Shown one piece after another: positions 49,350-59,493 of a stretch of DNA of 64,000 nucleotides (position 1 is the stretch's first letter; the number at the start of each line of letters is the position of its first letter). The translations under genes and the position numbers were made by a program. The notes beneath the pieces are model-generated. The model was not told where the DNA came from, did not search any database, and saw nothing but the letters and a program-made list of their open reading frames with translations. The DNA comes from an uncultured Planctomycetales bacterium (GTDB taxonomy: Bacteria > Omnitrophota > Gorgyraeia > Zapsychrales > JBDRMG01), in contig CAYZIY010000008.1 in assembly GCA_964478715.1 (NCBI GenBank), positions 17,704 to 81,703 on the forward strand. Reading direction: 5' to 3'.

Positions 49350-50314
49350 CCATGATTAATGTGAAACAACTTAAGCACTGGATACAAAAAAGCAGAGATT
49401 TTTTGATTACCACTCACGTCAATGCGGATACCGATGCCCTAGCGTCGGAGTTAATTCTTTCATATTACTTGAAATCCCGAAAGAAAAACGTCCGCATTAT
49501 TAATGCTGAAGCTCCCTCTCGTCAATTCAGCTTTTTAAGGGGAATTAGCTTGGTTCAGGGATTTAAGAATCAGCGTTCTCGTCAAGAGGTGGTGATGATT
49601 GTCGATTGTGGTTCGCTGGATCGCATTGGGCGGGTCAGCAAACTCATTCATCCTCAGGCAAAAATCGTCAATATCGATCACCACATCACCAATGATAATT
49701 TCGGTCATCTCAATTGCGTTAACCCCCATGCTTCCTCGACGGCCGAAGTTCTCTACGATCTTCTAAAATCATTTTCTTTTCCGATCGATAAAAGAATCGC
49801 GCAGTATTTGTATCTGGGGATCATGACGGATACAGGATCTTTTAGATACGATATCACCACGGCCAGAACGCATCGAATTGTCGCTGAATTGCTTTCTTAC
49901 AATATTCCCATCTCTTTGATGTATAGGCTTTGTTACGAAAATATGCCTGCCAGAGACATTCGTCCGCTTACAGAGGTTTTTAAGCAGATCCGTATTTCCC
50001 ATCACCGGAAAGTGGCCACGGTTTTGCTTCGGAAAAAGGTATGGAAAAAATTTTCAGAAGGCTTTGATTTTCGAGATAAGATATTCACATTTTTAAGAGG
50101 GATTGACGGGATCAAGGTTGCTCTTATTTTGTCGGAAATAAATTCCCGTAAAACACGGGTGAATTTAAGAAGCCAAGGGGATATTAATGTAGCCCGCCTT
50201 GCTTCGCTTTATGGAGGCGGAGGGCACCAGAATGCCAGCGGTTGCCACATGAACAACTCCCTGCAGACATCTGCGCGCAAACTCCATCAACAAATGAAAA
50301 GGAAGTGGAAATGA
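49346..50314 (+). CDS. nrnA: Bifunctional oligoribonuclease/PAP phosphatase
   Basis: H...D.DA, NIDHH, TDTGSF, GGGH; rbfA-truB context. Confidence 0.9.
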   Translation: MTMINVKQLKHWIQKSRDFLITTHVNADTDALASELILSYYLKSRKKNVRIINAEAPSRQFSFLRGISLVQGFKNQRSRQEVVMIVDCGSLDRIGRVSKLIHPQAKIVNIDHHITNDNFGHLNCVNPHASSTAEVLYDLLKSFSFPIDKRIAQYLYLGIMTDTGSFRYDITTARTHRIVAELLSYNIPISLMYRLCYENMPARDIRPLTEVFKQIRISHHRKVATVLLRKKVWKKFSEGFDFRDKIFTFLRGIDGIKVALILSEINSRKTRVNLRSQGDINVARLASLYGGGGHQNASGCHMNNSLQTSARKLHQQMKRKWK

Positions 50315-50976
50315 AAGATGGTTTTCTTCTGATCGATAAACCAGTGAACCTGACCAGTCACGACGTGGTCAATATTATCCGAAAAAAATTTCGCATGCGG
50401 CGCATCGGTCATGCGGGAACATTGGATCCGCTGGCAACCGGTCTTCTGATCATTTTAGTGGGGAAATCAACAAAACTTTTTAATCGATTTTCGAGTTTTG
50501 ATAAAGGATATCGGGCGACTTTGCTTTTGGGGCTGACAACGCATACTGCTGATATCAACGGCAAGGAAATTCAAAGAACCTTTTGCGGAGATGTTACGGA
50601 GGATCGCTTTAAACAAGTGCTTGTAAGGTTCCAGGGCTCGATTGAACAGATCCCGCCTATGGTTTCGGCGGTTAAGCATAAGGGCAAGCGTCTTTATGAG
50701 TTGGCCAGAAGCGGAATAGAAGTTGAGCGTTCAGCCCGCAAGATAACAATCAATGAGCTGAAAATCCTGAACTGGCAACCGCCCGAAGTCGATTTTTACG
50801 TTCATTGTTCCAAAGGGACCTATGTCCGTAAAATCGCTGAGGATATCGGCGAACAGCTGGGCTGCGGGGCTTGCATTACAAAAATCAGAAGAACAAAGAT
50901 TGGTTATTTTGACGTAAAGCAAGCAATAACTCTGAATGAAGTCCATGAAAGTTATCTTCAAAACTGGAAATATTGA
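50311..50976 (+). CDS. truB: tRNA pseudouridine(55) synthase
   Basis: TSHDVV, GHAGTLDPLATG, PP.VSAVK, CSKGTYVR. Confidence 0.95.
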   Translation: MKDGFLLIDKPVNLTSHDVVNIIRKKFRMRRIGHAGTLDPLATGLLIILVGKSTKLFNRFSSFDKGYRATLLLGLTTHTADINGKEIQRTFCGDVTEDRFKQVLVRFQGSIEQIPPMVSAVKHKGKRLYELARSGIEVERSARKITINELKILNWQPPEVDFYVHCSKGTYVRKIAEDIGEQLGCGACITKIRRTKIGYFDVKQAITLNEVHESYLQNWKY

Positions 50977-51883
50977 GAAACGCTTACGCGGTGGCGTGGT
51001 TGTCGTCGGCGTCTTTGATGGGGTACATCGGGGACATCAACACTTGATCGGATGCGCGCTCAAAGAAGCCTATTATCGGCAAGTGCCGGCCGTAGTTTGT
51101 ACCTTTGATCCGCATCCTTTGCATGTCCTTAAGCCTAAAAATTATCTGCCTTTTCTGGTCACCTTGAGACACCGGCTGAAGTTGATTGACGATTTAGGTG
51201 TCGATGCTTGTGTCGTCCTCAAATTCGACAGACGCTTTTCGCAGATCAAAGGCCAAGCTTTCTGCGAAAAATATTTGAAAGGCTTACTGGCTCCCCGAAC
51301 AGTTTGGGTGGGGGAGAACTTTTCTTTCGGTAAAGAGAAATCCGGATCGGTTTGGTTATTGCAGCGTGAAGGTGATCGTCTCGGATTTAAAGTACATGTT
51401 GATCCGTTAGTCAACAGCGGATCTCACCCCATCAGCAGCACAAGGATTCGCCGCTTAATCCGTGCGGGTCGATTAAAAGCAGCCGGCAAATTGCTAGGAA
51501 GACCTGTTTCCGTTTTAGCCCGTGTTGAAAGAGGAGACCGCCGTGGGCGCAATTTAGGATTTCCCACCGCCAATATCAATCCTTGGCGGGAAGTATATCC
51601 GCCTTGCGGAGTTTATCTTGTTCGGGTTGAAGTCAACAAAAAAGAATACTACGGAATAGCCAACCTCGGATGGCGACCGTCCGTTAAGCAGAAGAAAGAA
51701 AAGGTCAACCTCGAAGTTCATATTTTTTCCTTTCATCAGAATCTTTATCAGAAAGAAATTGAAGTCAGTTTTCTTAAAAAAATCCGTAAGGAAAGAAAAT
51801 TTCCTTCCGAGGAAAAATTGCAGCAACAAATCGCCCGCGATCAGCAAAAAGCTCTAAAACTCCTTAAAGAAATATCTGCTTAA
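50945..51883 (+). CDS. ribF: Riboflavin kinase / FAD synthetase
   Basis: G.FDGVH.GH, ISSTRIR, G..LGFPTAN, EVHI. Confidence 0.95.
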   Translation: MKVIFKTGNIEKRLRGGVVVVGVFDGVHRGHQHLIGCALKEAYYRQVPAVVCTFDPHPLHVLKPKNYLPFLVTLRHRLKLIDDLGVDACVVLKFDRRFSQIKGQAFCEKYLKGLLAPRTVWVGENFSFGKEKSGSVWLLQREGDRLGFKVHVDPLVNSGSHPISSTRIRRLIRAGRLKAAGKLLGRPVSVLARVERGDRRGRNLGFPTANINPWREVYPPCGVYLVRVEVNKKEYYGIANLGWRPSVKQKKEKVNLEVHIFSFHQNLYQKEIEVSFLKKIRKERKFPSEEKLQQQIARDQQKALKLLKEISA

Positions 51884-52029
51884 GCTCAATTCATTTTAAG
51901 AGGTCAATCCCAGATTTCTCTTTTTATTCCTTCATTATTTATTATTTTCGCACCCGTTTATCTTTCGTTTACCCGATATTCTGATTTTCGTAAATTATTG
52001 ACTGCCATAAAAATAAGGGAGAATGGGTA

Positions 52030-52092
52030 TTGACAGTGGCTCCTATTAGTAATAAAATGCCGTTAAAAGTGGAGTAGAGTGGTTTAAAGTGG
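52030..52092 (+). promoter_or_regulatory. dcw promoter with MraZ-binding direct repeats
   Basis: TTGACA(52030)-17-TAAAAT(52053); A(A/G)AGTGG x3 at 10-bp period (52066, 52076, 52086). Confidence 0.85.
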
Positions 52093-52110
52093 TTCAAGAG
52101 GTCTCTCGTC

Positions 52111-52551
52111 ATGTTTTATGGAGAATATATACACGGCATTGACCGCAAAGGACGGTTGATTTTACCGTCTCGCTTTCGGGAAGTCGCCAAAGATCACGGT
52201 ATGGAACGGTTTTTTTTAACCCGTGGACTGGACCGCTGTATCTTTATGTTTAGTGAGGATGAATGGATCGTTCAGGAGCAGAAATTTCGCAATTTTTCTT
52301 TTACCAAAAAAGAATCGCGTTCTTTTAACCGCTTGTTCTTTTCGGGGGTCATTGATGTTAAGCCCGATCGCCAGGGGCGTTTTATTATTCCCGGCTATCT
52401 GAAAGAATATGCCGAAATCAAGAAAGACACAGTGATTATCGGCATTTCGAACAGGATCGAAATCTGGGACAAAAATATTTGGGCTCAATTTTACAATACG
52501 TCGAAAGAATCGTTTGAGGAAATCGCAGAAAAATTGATTAATCTGCCATGA
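52111..52551 (+). CDS. mraZ: Division/cell wall cluster repressor MraZ
   Basis: MFYGEY.H.ID.KGR..LP..FR; D.QGR..IP. Confidence 0.96.
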   Translation: MFYGEYIHGIDRKGRLILPSRFREVAKDHGMERFFLTRGLDRCIFMFSEDEWIVQEQKFRNFSFTKKESRSFNRLFFSGVIDVKPDRQGRFIIPGYLKEYAEIKKDTVIIGISNRIEIWDKNIWAQFYNTSKESFEEIAEKLINLP

Positions 52552-53447
52552 TTAAGCAAAAGACAGAACATACGCCGGTTATGCTGGCTGAGGTGCTTGA
52601 GCATCTCAATCTTTCGCCCGGGGCCTGTATTGTGGATTGCACCTTGGGATTAGGAGGACACAGCATGAAGATTGTCAAAGAAATGAGCCCCAAGGGGTGC
52701 CTGATCGCGATCGACCGGGATGAATCATCCATTAGAATCGCCCGGGAAATGATGAAAGAATTTTCGGGGATCTGCAGTTTCGTGCATCAGGATTTTCGTA
52801 ATATCGACGATATATTAAACGATTTAGGCATCAAGGAAGTGGATGGATTCTTGTTTGATTTGGGAATTTCTTCTTATCAGCTGGAAAGTACTCAGCGGGG
52901 ATTTAGCCTGCAGTCCGATGGGCCTCTCGATATGAGGATGGATCAAAACACTTATATCTCGGCTTATGATCTCATCAATTCTCTTTCTGAAAAAGAATTG
53001 GCCTCCATTCTGAAGATGTTTGGCGAGGAACGTTTTTCTCGAAGGATCGCGCATAATCTCGTTAAGAAAAGAAGCGAGCATCCCATTGAATCCACTCACG
53101 ATCTGACCGATACCGTGATATCCTCCTTGCCGCGATCTTACAAAAGGACAAAAATTCATCCTGCTACGCGTACGTTTCAGGCCTTTCGTATTGCCGTTAA
53201 TCGCGAGCTCGAGGCTTTAGACATTGCTTTAGATAAATGCGTTTCTTTTTTAAAAAAAGGTGGCCGGTTGTGCGTAATTTCGTTTCATTCACTAGAAGAT
53301 CGCATTGTGAAACAAAAATTTCGTTATTTTCAAAAAGAGGGAGCAATGAAGATTCTCACCAAGAAACCGCTTCGTCCCGGCGATCAAGAAACTGAATTCA
53401 ACAGGCGCAGTCGAAGCGCTCGGTTGAGAGTGGCTGAAAAAATTTAG
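52548..53447 (+). CDS. rsmH: 16S rRNA m4C1402 methyltransferase
   Basis: HTPVML.E, DCTLGLGGHS, DLGISS.QL, LDMRMD, SFHSLEDR. Confidence 0.97.
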   Translation: MIKQKTEHTPVMLAEVLEHLNLSPGACIVDCTLGLGGHSMKIVKEMSPKGCLIAIDRDESSIRIAREMMKEFSGICSFVHQDFRNIDDILNDLGIKEVDGFLFDLGISSYQLESTQRGFSLQSDGPLDMRMDQNTYISAYDLINSLSEKELASILKMFGEERFSRRIAHNLVKKRSEHPIESTHDLTDTVISSLPRSYKRTKIHPATRTFQAFRIAVNRELEALDIALDKCVSFLKKGGRLCVISFHSLEDRIVKQKFRYFQKEGAMKILTKKPLRPGDQETEFNRRSRSARLRVAEKI

Positions 53448-53466
53448 AACCAAAGGATAGCAAAGT

Positions 53467-53847
53467 ATGCGTTTATCAAAAAGTTTAGCGGCAATGGTGA
53501 TAGTGACCGTAATGGCCTTAATCTACATTCATCTGCAGGTGCAAATTTACGATTTGGCCTATCGCGGCAGCGCTCAGGAAAGTCAAATCAGCCAGTTGAT
53601 GGACGATCGGGATGATATTCATTATGACATTACTGTCTTGAAATCCGCCAACCACTTGGGGGGCACATTGCTGAGTGGAGATTCCGACCTTCGGTTTCTA
53701 GACCGGGATGACATTATTGAGGTTCATGTTCCCAGAAGCCCTCGGGCGATCGATATGGCTTCTTTATCCTCACAGCGTAAAGAGCGGAGCTTTCTGGCCC
53801 GTTTGTTTTCTCTAAAGTCCAAAGCCGAAGCTAAAACCATCGAATAA
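53467..53847 (+). CDS. Probable FtsL-like cell division protein
   Basis: TM plus coiled coil; position between rsmH and ftsI. Confidence 0.6.
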   Translation: MRLSKSLAAMVIVTVMALIYIHLQVQIYDLAYRGSAQESQISQLMDDRDDIHYDITVLKSANHLGGTLLSGDSDLRFLDRDDIIEVHVPRSPRAIDMASLSSQRKERSFLARLFSLKSKAEAKTIE

Positions 53848-53881
53848 CGATCATAAAAATTGACGGACATTTGCCAAAGAA

Positions 53882-55555
53882 GTGCAGATAAGAAAATATC
53901 CTTTCCGATTTAGCCTCGTTTTCTTTTCCCTGATCCTCTGTCTGATTATTTTCATTGTCCGCCTTGTTTTTATTCAAGTTTTCCGCTCATCCTATCTGGC
54001 CGAAAAGGCCAAAAAACAGCAAGAGCAATTAGTTGAAATTGAGCCCCGAAGAGGGGGTATCTACGACAGACAGTTGCGGCCATTGGCGATGAATATTAGC
54101 GCTTATTCTCTTTATGCTAATCCGCGGGCTATGGATTGGGCTGGTCGGCAAACGGTGATCAAAGAACTCTGTCGGGTTTTAAGTTTGAATCCTTTGCATT
54201 TACAAGAGTTACTTGATAAGGATAAATATTTTGTATGGATCAAAAGAAAACTTGATTCAAAGATGATGAACAGAATCAAATCATTGGATTTAGTGGGTAT
54301 CGGTTTCATCAAGGAGAGCCGTCGATATTATCCCAACGACGTCTTGGGGATGCATCTGATTGGCGTAGCTGGTATGGATAATCAGGGACTTTTGGGCCTG
54401 GAGTTGGAGTTTGATGAGAGTTTGAAAGGGGAAAGCGGCTGGTCGCAGTTTATCCGCGATGCGCATCAGAGGCAATTGATGATCCAAAAACAGTACATTC
54501 CGCCTAAAGATGGCTTGGAGCTTGTGCTGACGATTGATGAAACTATTCAGTATTTAACCGAGCGGGCTTTAGAAAAGGCGTATAAGAAACATAATGCTAA
54601 AGGCGCCAGTATGATCATCATGAATCCCAAAACAGGAGAAATTTTGGCCATGGCCAATCGGCCGACCTTTGACGGTAATCAATTTTCCACTAGTTCAACC
54701 CAGCAGAGACGCAATCGGGCTGTTGTCGATATGTATGAACCCGGTTCTGTTTTTAAAATTGTAACCGCAGCCGCCGCTTTGCAGGAAAAAGCCTTTGATG
54801 AAGATGATGCGATTTTCTGTGAAAATGGACAATATCGCATTGCGAATCACATTTTACATGATTACCGCAGCCACGGTAAGCTGACTTTCTTGGAGGTTTT
54901 TCAGGAATCGAGCAATATCGGGGTAGCTAAAATTGCCCAGAAGATTGGTCCGGAAGTTGTTTATCAGTATGCCCGAAAATTCCATTTTGGCGAAAAGACA
55001 GGTATCCATCTTCCGGGTGAAGTCGCAGGGATTGTTAAGACTCCCAGTCAATGGTCGAAGACCACCATCGGCGCCTTTCCTATCGGTCAGGAAGTGACGG
55101 TCACCGCCCTGCAGCTGGTTTGCGCGATTTCAACGATCGCTAATGGAGGCATCCTCATGAAGCCGTATGTGGTAAAATATATCCGGGATCAAAAAGAAGA
55201 GCTGATTGAGGAATTCCATCCCCAGGTTGTCGATCAGGTGATCAGTGAGGATGTGGCTAAAAGACTGACGCACATTTTAGTTCAAGTGGTTGAAAAGGGA
55301 ACGGGCCGCAATGCCCGTATCAAAAATGTATCCGTCGCGGGCAAGACGGGGACGGCTCAGAAAGTTAAAAATGGGATTTACTCCCAAAAAGATTTTTATG
55401 CTTCTTTTATCGGTTTTGCGCCGGCGGATGACCCCAAGATCGCGGCCGTGGTTGTTTACGATGAGCCGCATCCCAGTCATTTTGGTGGAACAGTGGCCGC
55501 TCCTGTTTTCAAAGAAGTTATTAAAGATGTGCTTAAATATTTAGAAATTAAATAA
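53882..55555 (+). CDS. ftsI: Class B penicillin-binding protein (FtsI/PBP3)
   Basis: RG.IYDR, EPGSVFK (SxxK), SSN, KTGTAQ. Confidence 0.93.
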   Translation: MQIRKYPFRFSLVFFSLILCLIIFIVRLVFIQVFRSSYLAEKAKKQQEQLVEIEPRRGGIYDRQLRPLAMNISAYSLYANPRAMDWAGRQTVIKELCRVLSLNPLHLQELLDKDKYFVWIKRKLDSKMMNRIKSLDLVGIGFIKESRRYYPNDVLGMHLIGVAGMDNQGLLGLELEFDESLKGESGWSQFIRDAHQRQLMIQKQYIPPKDGLELVLTIDETIQYLTERALEKAYKKHNAKGASMIIMNPKTGEILAMANRPTFDGNQFSTSSTQQRRNRAVVDMYEPGSVFKIVTAAAALQEKAFDEDDAIFCENGQYRIANHILHDYRSHGKLTFLEVFQESSNIGVAKIAQKIGPEVVYQYARKFHFGEKTGIHLPGEVAGIVKTPSQWSKTTIGAFPIGQEVTVTALQLVCAISTIANGGILMKPYVVKYIRDQKEELIEEFHPQVVDQVISEDVAKRLTHILVQVVEKGTGRNARIKNVSVAGKTGTAQKVKNGIYSQKDFYASFIGFAPADDPKIAAVVVYDEPHPSHFGGTVAAPVFKEVIKDVLKYLEIK

Positions 55556-55570
55556 TAACTTGATAATGAC

Positions 55571-57028
55571 ATGATGACATTAGGCGAACTTTTTGATCAA
55601 ATTATTGAATGCAATCTTAGTGATAAAGAAAAGGAATTGCAGGTTACAGATATCGCTAATGATTCTCGCCGAATCAGGAAGGGAAGTTTGTTCCTTGCAC
55701 TTAAAGGCAAAGAGAAAGACGGGCATGACTTTATTCGAGAAGCTGTGCAAAGGGGAGCGGTGGCCGTTATCAGCGAGCATTATGTGTCGCAAATGCTAAA
55801 GTCCAGCCAGATATATTATTACCGGGATAGAAAACTTTCTGAGAAGATCAGTGATTTGGCCAAAAGATTTTTCCGTGATCCAGGAAAAGAGATAAAGACC
55901 GTAGCGGTTACCGGAACCAACGGAAAAACTACCGTGACCTATTTGGTGGAGTCGGTTTTGACGCAGGCTAAGATTCTTTGTGGGGTCAAAGGAACCATTA
56001 ACGAGCGTGTCGCTGAAAATATCACTCCTGTGCGCAATACGACGGCAGGTATCATTGATAATCAGTGTTTTTTAGCCAAGCTCAGGGATCAGGGTATTAC
56101 TCATTGCGTGATGGAGGTCTCTTCTCATGCGCTTGATCAGGGAAGAATTCGAGGGATCGATTTTGATGTGGCTATTTTTACCAATCTCAGCCAGGATCAC
56201 CTGGACTATCACCGCGATATGGATCAGTACTTCTTGTCCAAAAGCAAATTATTTGATTCGCTTAAAAACACGGCCGTTTCCGTTATTAATCAGGATGACC
56301 CTTACGGGCAAAAGCTGATTAAAAAAATCGAAACACCTTTAGTCACTTATGGGATTAAGAAAGATGCGGAATTTCGCGCAAAAGATCTAAAGTATTCTTT
56401 GCAAAAGACGCAATGCACTCTCGAGATATCGGGATCGCAACATTTCGTCAGGAGTTCCTTGATCGGGGAACATAATGTTTATAATATACTAGCGGCCGTG
56501 GCCTGTGCCTGTCAGCTTCAGATCGATCCGGCGGCTATTATCAGAGGAATTGAACTGCTGGACCATGTTCCCGGGCGCTTGGAGCGCATAGTTAATCGCC
56601 GGGGATTTGATGTCTTTGTGGATTACGCCCATACCGATGATGCGTTAAGAAATGTTTTAACAATTTTGCGTCGACAGAATCCCCGTTGTCTGATTGTTGT
56701 GTTTGGTTGCGGGGGAAATCGCGATAAGGGAAAGAGACCTAAAATGGGTCGGGTGGCCGAGAGATTAGCTGATCATGTGATTATAACCAATGATAATCCC
56801 CGCCAGGAAGGTCCGGAACAAATCATGAAAAATATTATCGCTGGTTTTAAGTCGCGCACATATGAAGTCATTTACGACCGGAAGCAGGCGATTGAAACGG
56901 CTCTGGCCAAAGCCCGAGAAGGAGATATCGTCTTGATCGCAGGCAAAGGCCATGAAACTGATCAGATTTTTAAAGAGTCAAAGCAGCGCTTTGATGATTG
57001 TCAAGTTGTCAGGGAGTATTTGAGATGA
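55571..57028 (+). CDS. murE: UDP-MurNAc-tripeptide synthetase (meso-DAP type)
   Basis: GTNGKTT, MEVSSH, DYAHT, DNPR, GKGHE. Confidence 0.95.
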   Translation: MMTLGELFDQIIECNLSDKEKELQVTDIANDSRRIRKGSLFLALKGKEKDGHDFIREAVQRGAVAVISEHYVSQMLKSSQIYYYRDRKLSEKISDLAKRFFRDPGKEIKTVAVTGTNGKTTVTYLVESVLTQAKILCGVKGTINERVAENITPVRNTTAGIIDNQCFLAKLRDQGITHCVMEVSSHALDQGRIRGIDFDVAIFTNLSQDHLDYHRDMDQYFLSKSKLFDSLKNTAVSVINQDDPYGQKLIKKIETPLVTYGIKKDAEFRAKDLKYSLQKTQCTLEISGSQHFVRSSLIGEHNVYNILAAVACACQLQIDPAAIIRGIELLDHVPGRLERIVNRRGFDVFVDYAHTDDALRNVLTILRRQNPRCLIVVFGCGGNRDKGKRPKMGRVAERLADHVIITNDNPRQEGPEQIMKNIIAGFKSRTYEVIYDRKQAIETALAKAREGDIVLIAGKGHETDQIFKESKQRFDDCQVVREYLR

Positions 57029-58383
57029 TGACCGTTAAGGATATTCTCAGGATTACAGGAGGAATACTGATCGCGGGATCAGATCGGATAACCATACGAG
57101 GCGTTTCGACGGATTCAAGAACTTGCAAAAGAGGTCACCTTTTTATTGCTATCAAAGGCCAACGTTACGACGGGCATAGATTTCTAGAACAGGTGGCTCA
57201 AAAAAAAGCTGCGGCAGTTTTAATCTCTCGAAAAAAGGAATTACTTGCAAAAGGAATGACGGCAATACTTATTCAAGACACACTGAAGGCTTATGGTCAG
57301 ATAGCCAGGTTTCACAGGCAGAAATTTCAGATTCCGGTTATTGCGGTAACCGGCAGTAATGGCAAGACAACCACCAAAGAAATGATCGCGGCCTTAATCT
57401 CCAAGAAGTTAAGGGTTTTAAAAAGTATCGGTACGCACAATAATTTTATTGGGGTGCCAGAAACCCTACTGCGTCTCACTCAAAAGCATCAAGCCGTTGT
57501 TCTTGAAGCGGGAACCAATCACCCCGGTGAGATATCTTACCTGGGATCGATCTGTCAACCAACTGTTGCTGTTTTGACCAATATCGGAGAATCTCATTTA
57601 GAATTTCTGAAAAACAAAAGAAATGTATTTCGGGAAAAGTCTGCCTTGATTCAGTATTTGGCCAAGGATGGTTTGGTTGTTTACAATCACGACGATCCTT
57701 GGCTGAATAAACTTCCGGGAAGTTATCCTTTAAGACGTTTTAGCGGTTATGGACTGAAATGCCATTCGGGGCTGTGTGTTTCCCGCTTGGAGATATCAAA
57801 AAATCATATCGAATTTTTGTGCAATGATAACAGGCGTTACCGAATAAAAAGTGTGGCAGTTCATAATATCCTTAATGCCTTAGCCGCTGTCGTCTGTGCT
57901 AAAGAGTTAGGTGTTTCAAAAACATCGATTCAAAGAGAGCTCAATTCGTTTCGCTTTCCCAGCGGTCGGATGAGACTTCGGCGAAAAGACGGGATCTGGT
58001 TTCTTGATGACACTTATAATGCGAATCCGACTTCTTTTTTGGCTGCTCTTAAAACACTTGATGCTATGCCGCAGGAGAAAAGAAGAGTGATCTTTATGGG
58101 GGATATGCTGGAGTTGGGGATGAATGCGACTCGATTGCATCGACGTATCGGAAAAGAAATCGCCCGGTTGAAACCGGCGGTCGTGATAGCCACCGGCCGT
58201 TTTTCACGGGAAACGATTAACGTCATCCAAAAGACACAGATGCAGATACAAGCTTTTCATTTCAAATATTTTAATCCGGCCGGTAGACGATTGAAATCTC
58301 TTGTTCGAAAGGGTGATGTAGTTCTCATCAAGGGATCGCGCTCTTTCAAGATGGAACGAACTCTTACCTTATGGAAAATGTAA
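57025..58383 (+). CDS. murF: UDP-MurNAc-pentapeptide synthetase
   Basis: TGSNGKTTTKE, DTYNANP, GDMLELG, KGSR. Confidence 0.95.
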   Translation: MMTVKDILRITGGILIAGSDRITIRGVSTDSRTCKRGHLFIAIKGQRYDGHRFLEQVAQKKAAAVLISRKKELLAKGMTAILIQDTLKAYGQIARFHRQKFQIPVIAVTGSNGKTTTKEMIAALISKKLRVLKSIGTHNNFIGVPETLLRLTQKHQAVVLEAGTNHPGEISYLGSICQPTVAVLTNIGESHLEFLKNKRNVFREKSALIQYLAKDGLVVYNHDDPWLNKLPGSYPLRRFSGYGLKCHSGLCVSRLEISKNHIEFLCNDNRRYRIKSVAVHNILNALAAVVCAKELGVSKTSIQRELNSFRFPSGRMRLRRKDGIWFLDDTYNANPTSFLAALKTLDAMPQEKRRVIFMGDMLELGMNATRLHRRIGKEIARLKPAVVIATGRFSRETINVIQKTQMQIQAFHFKYFNPAGRRLKSLVRKGDVVLIKGSRSFKMERTLTLWKM

Positions 58384-58401
58384 AAAAGGAGATGACCAGA
58401 C

Positions 58402-59493
58402 ATGCTCTATTATTTATCTGAGCTCAGAGATATATTTTTTGGGTTAAATGTGTTTCGATACATCACGTTTCGCGCGGGAATGGCTGCGGTCACTACATTT
58501 ATGATGTGCATGATATTCGGGCCGGTGGCTATTTCGAAATTTATCCGTTGGAAAATACATGAAAATACCAAAAGAGACGACTGTCCTCAGCTGGATGAAC
58601 TTCATCGGATAAAGAAAGGTACGCCAACGATGGGAGGATTGTTTATCTTAGGAAGCGTTCTGGTGTCGGTTATTCTCTGGTGTGATTTAAATAATAGATA
58701 TGTTCAGCTGTCGCTTTTAACTATGGTTTGGTTGGGAATTCTTGGATTTATCGATGATTTTGTTAAACTGACCCGGCCCCATAAAGGCCGCCGTGGTTTA
58801 AGCGCCAAAAAAAAATTTTTCTGGGAATGTTTACTGGGGCTTTGCGTGGGTTTTCTCATAATACGTGATCCCAGCGGCTCAACACGGTTGGCGCTTCCTT
58901 TTTTCAAAAATGTCATGATTTATCTAGGAGTATTGTATATCCCCTTTGTAATCCTAGTTATTGTCGGCACATCGAATTCTGTGAATTTAACCGATGGCCT
59001 TGACGGGTTGGCTATCGGTAATGTGCTGATGGTGGCTTTGGGCCTGGGGGTTTTGAGCTATATAAGCTCTCACGCGACATTCAGCCAATATTTGTTCATT
59101 CCTCATATTCCCAAAGCAGGGGAATTGACCATTATCTGCGCTTCCATCGTGGGGGCTTCGTTAGGATTTTTGTGGTTTAATTGTTATCCGGCCTCCATAT
59201 TCATGGGAGATGTCGGGTCCTTGTCCTTGGGGGGAACACTGGGATTGGTTGCCGTATTAATCAAGAAGGAGCTTCTCCTCATTGTTCTGGGAGGAATTTT
59301 TGTGATCGAAGTTTTGTCGGTAATCGGTCAGGTCTTATCGATTAAAATCAGAAAGAAAAGACTGCTGAAAGTATCTCCGCTGCATCACCATTTACAACTT
59401 TGCGGGTGGAAGGAATCGCAGATCATCACTCGTTTTTGGATTATTGGAATCATCTTCATTCTTTTGACTTTGACAACGCTCAAAATTAGATAA
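58402..59493 (+). CDS. mraY: Phospho-MurNAc-pentapeptide transferase
   Basis: KKGTPTMGG, NLTDGLDGL, FMGDVGS, PLHHH. Confidence 0.97.
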   Translation: MLYYLSELRDIFFGLNVFRYITFRAGMAAVTTFMMCMIFGPVAISKFIRWKIHENTKRDDCPQLDELHRIKKGTPTMGGLFILGSVLVSVILWCDLNNRYVQLSLLTMVWLGILGFIDDFVKLTRPHKGRRGLSAKKKFFWECLLGLCVGFLIIRDPSGSTRLALPFFKNVMIYLGVLYIPFVILVIVGTSNSVNLTDGLDGLAIGNVLMVALGLGVLSYISSHATFSQYLFIPHIPKAGELTIICASIVGASLGFLWFNCYPASIFMGDVGSLSLGGTLGLVAVLIKKELLLIVLGGIFVIEVLSVIGQVLSIKIRKKRLLKVSPLHHHLQLCGWKESQIITRFWIIGIIFILLTLTTLKIR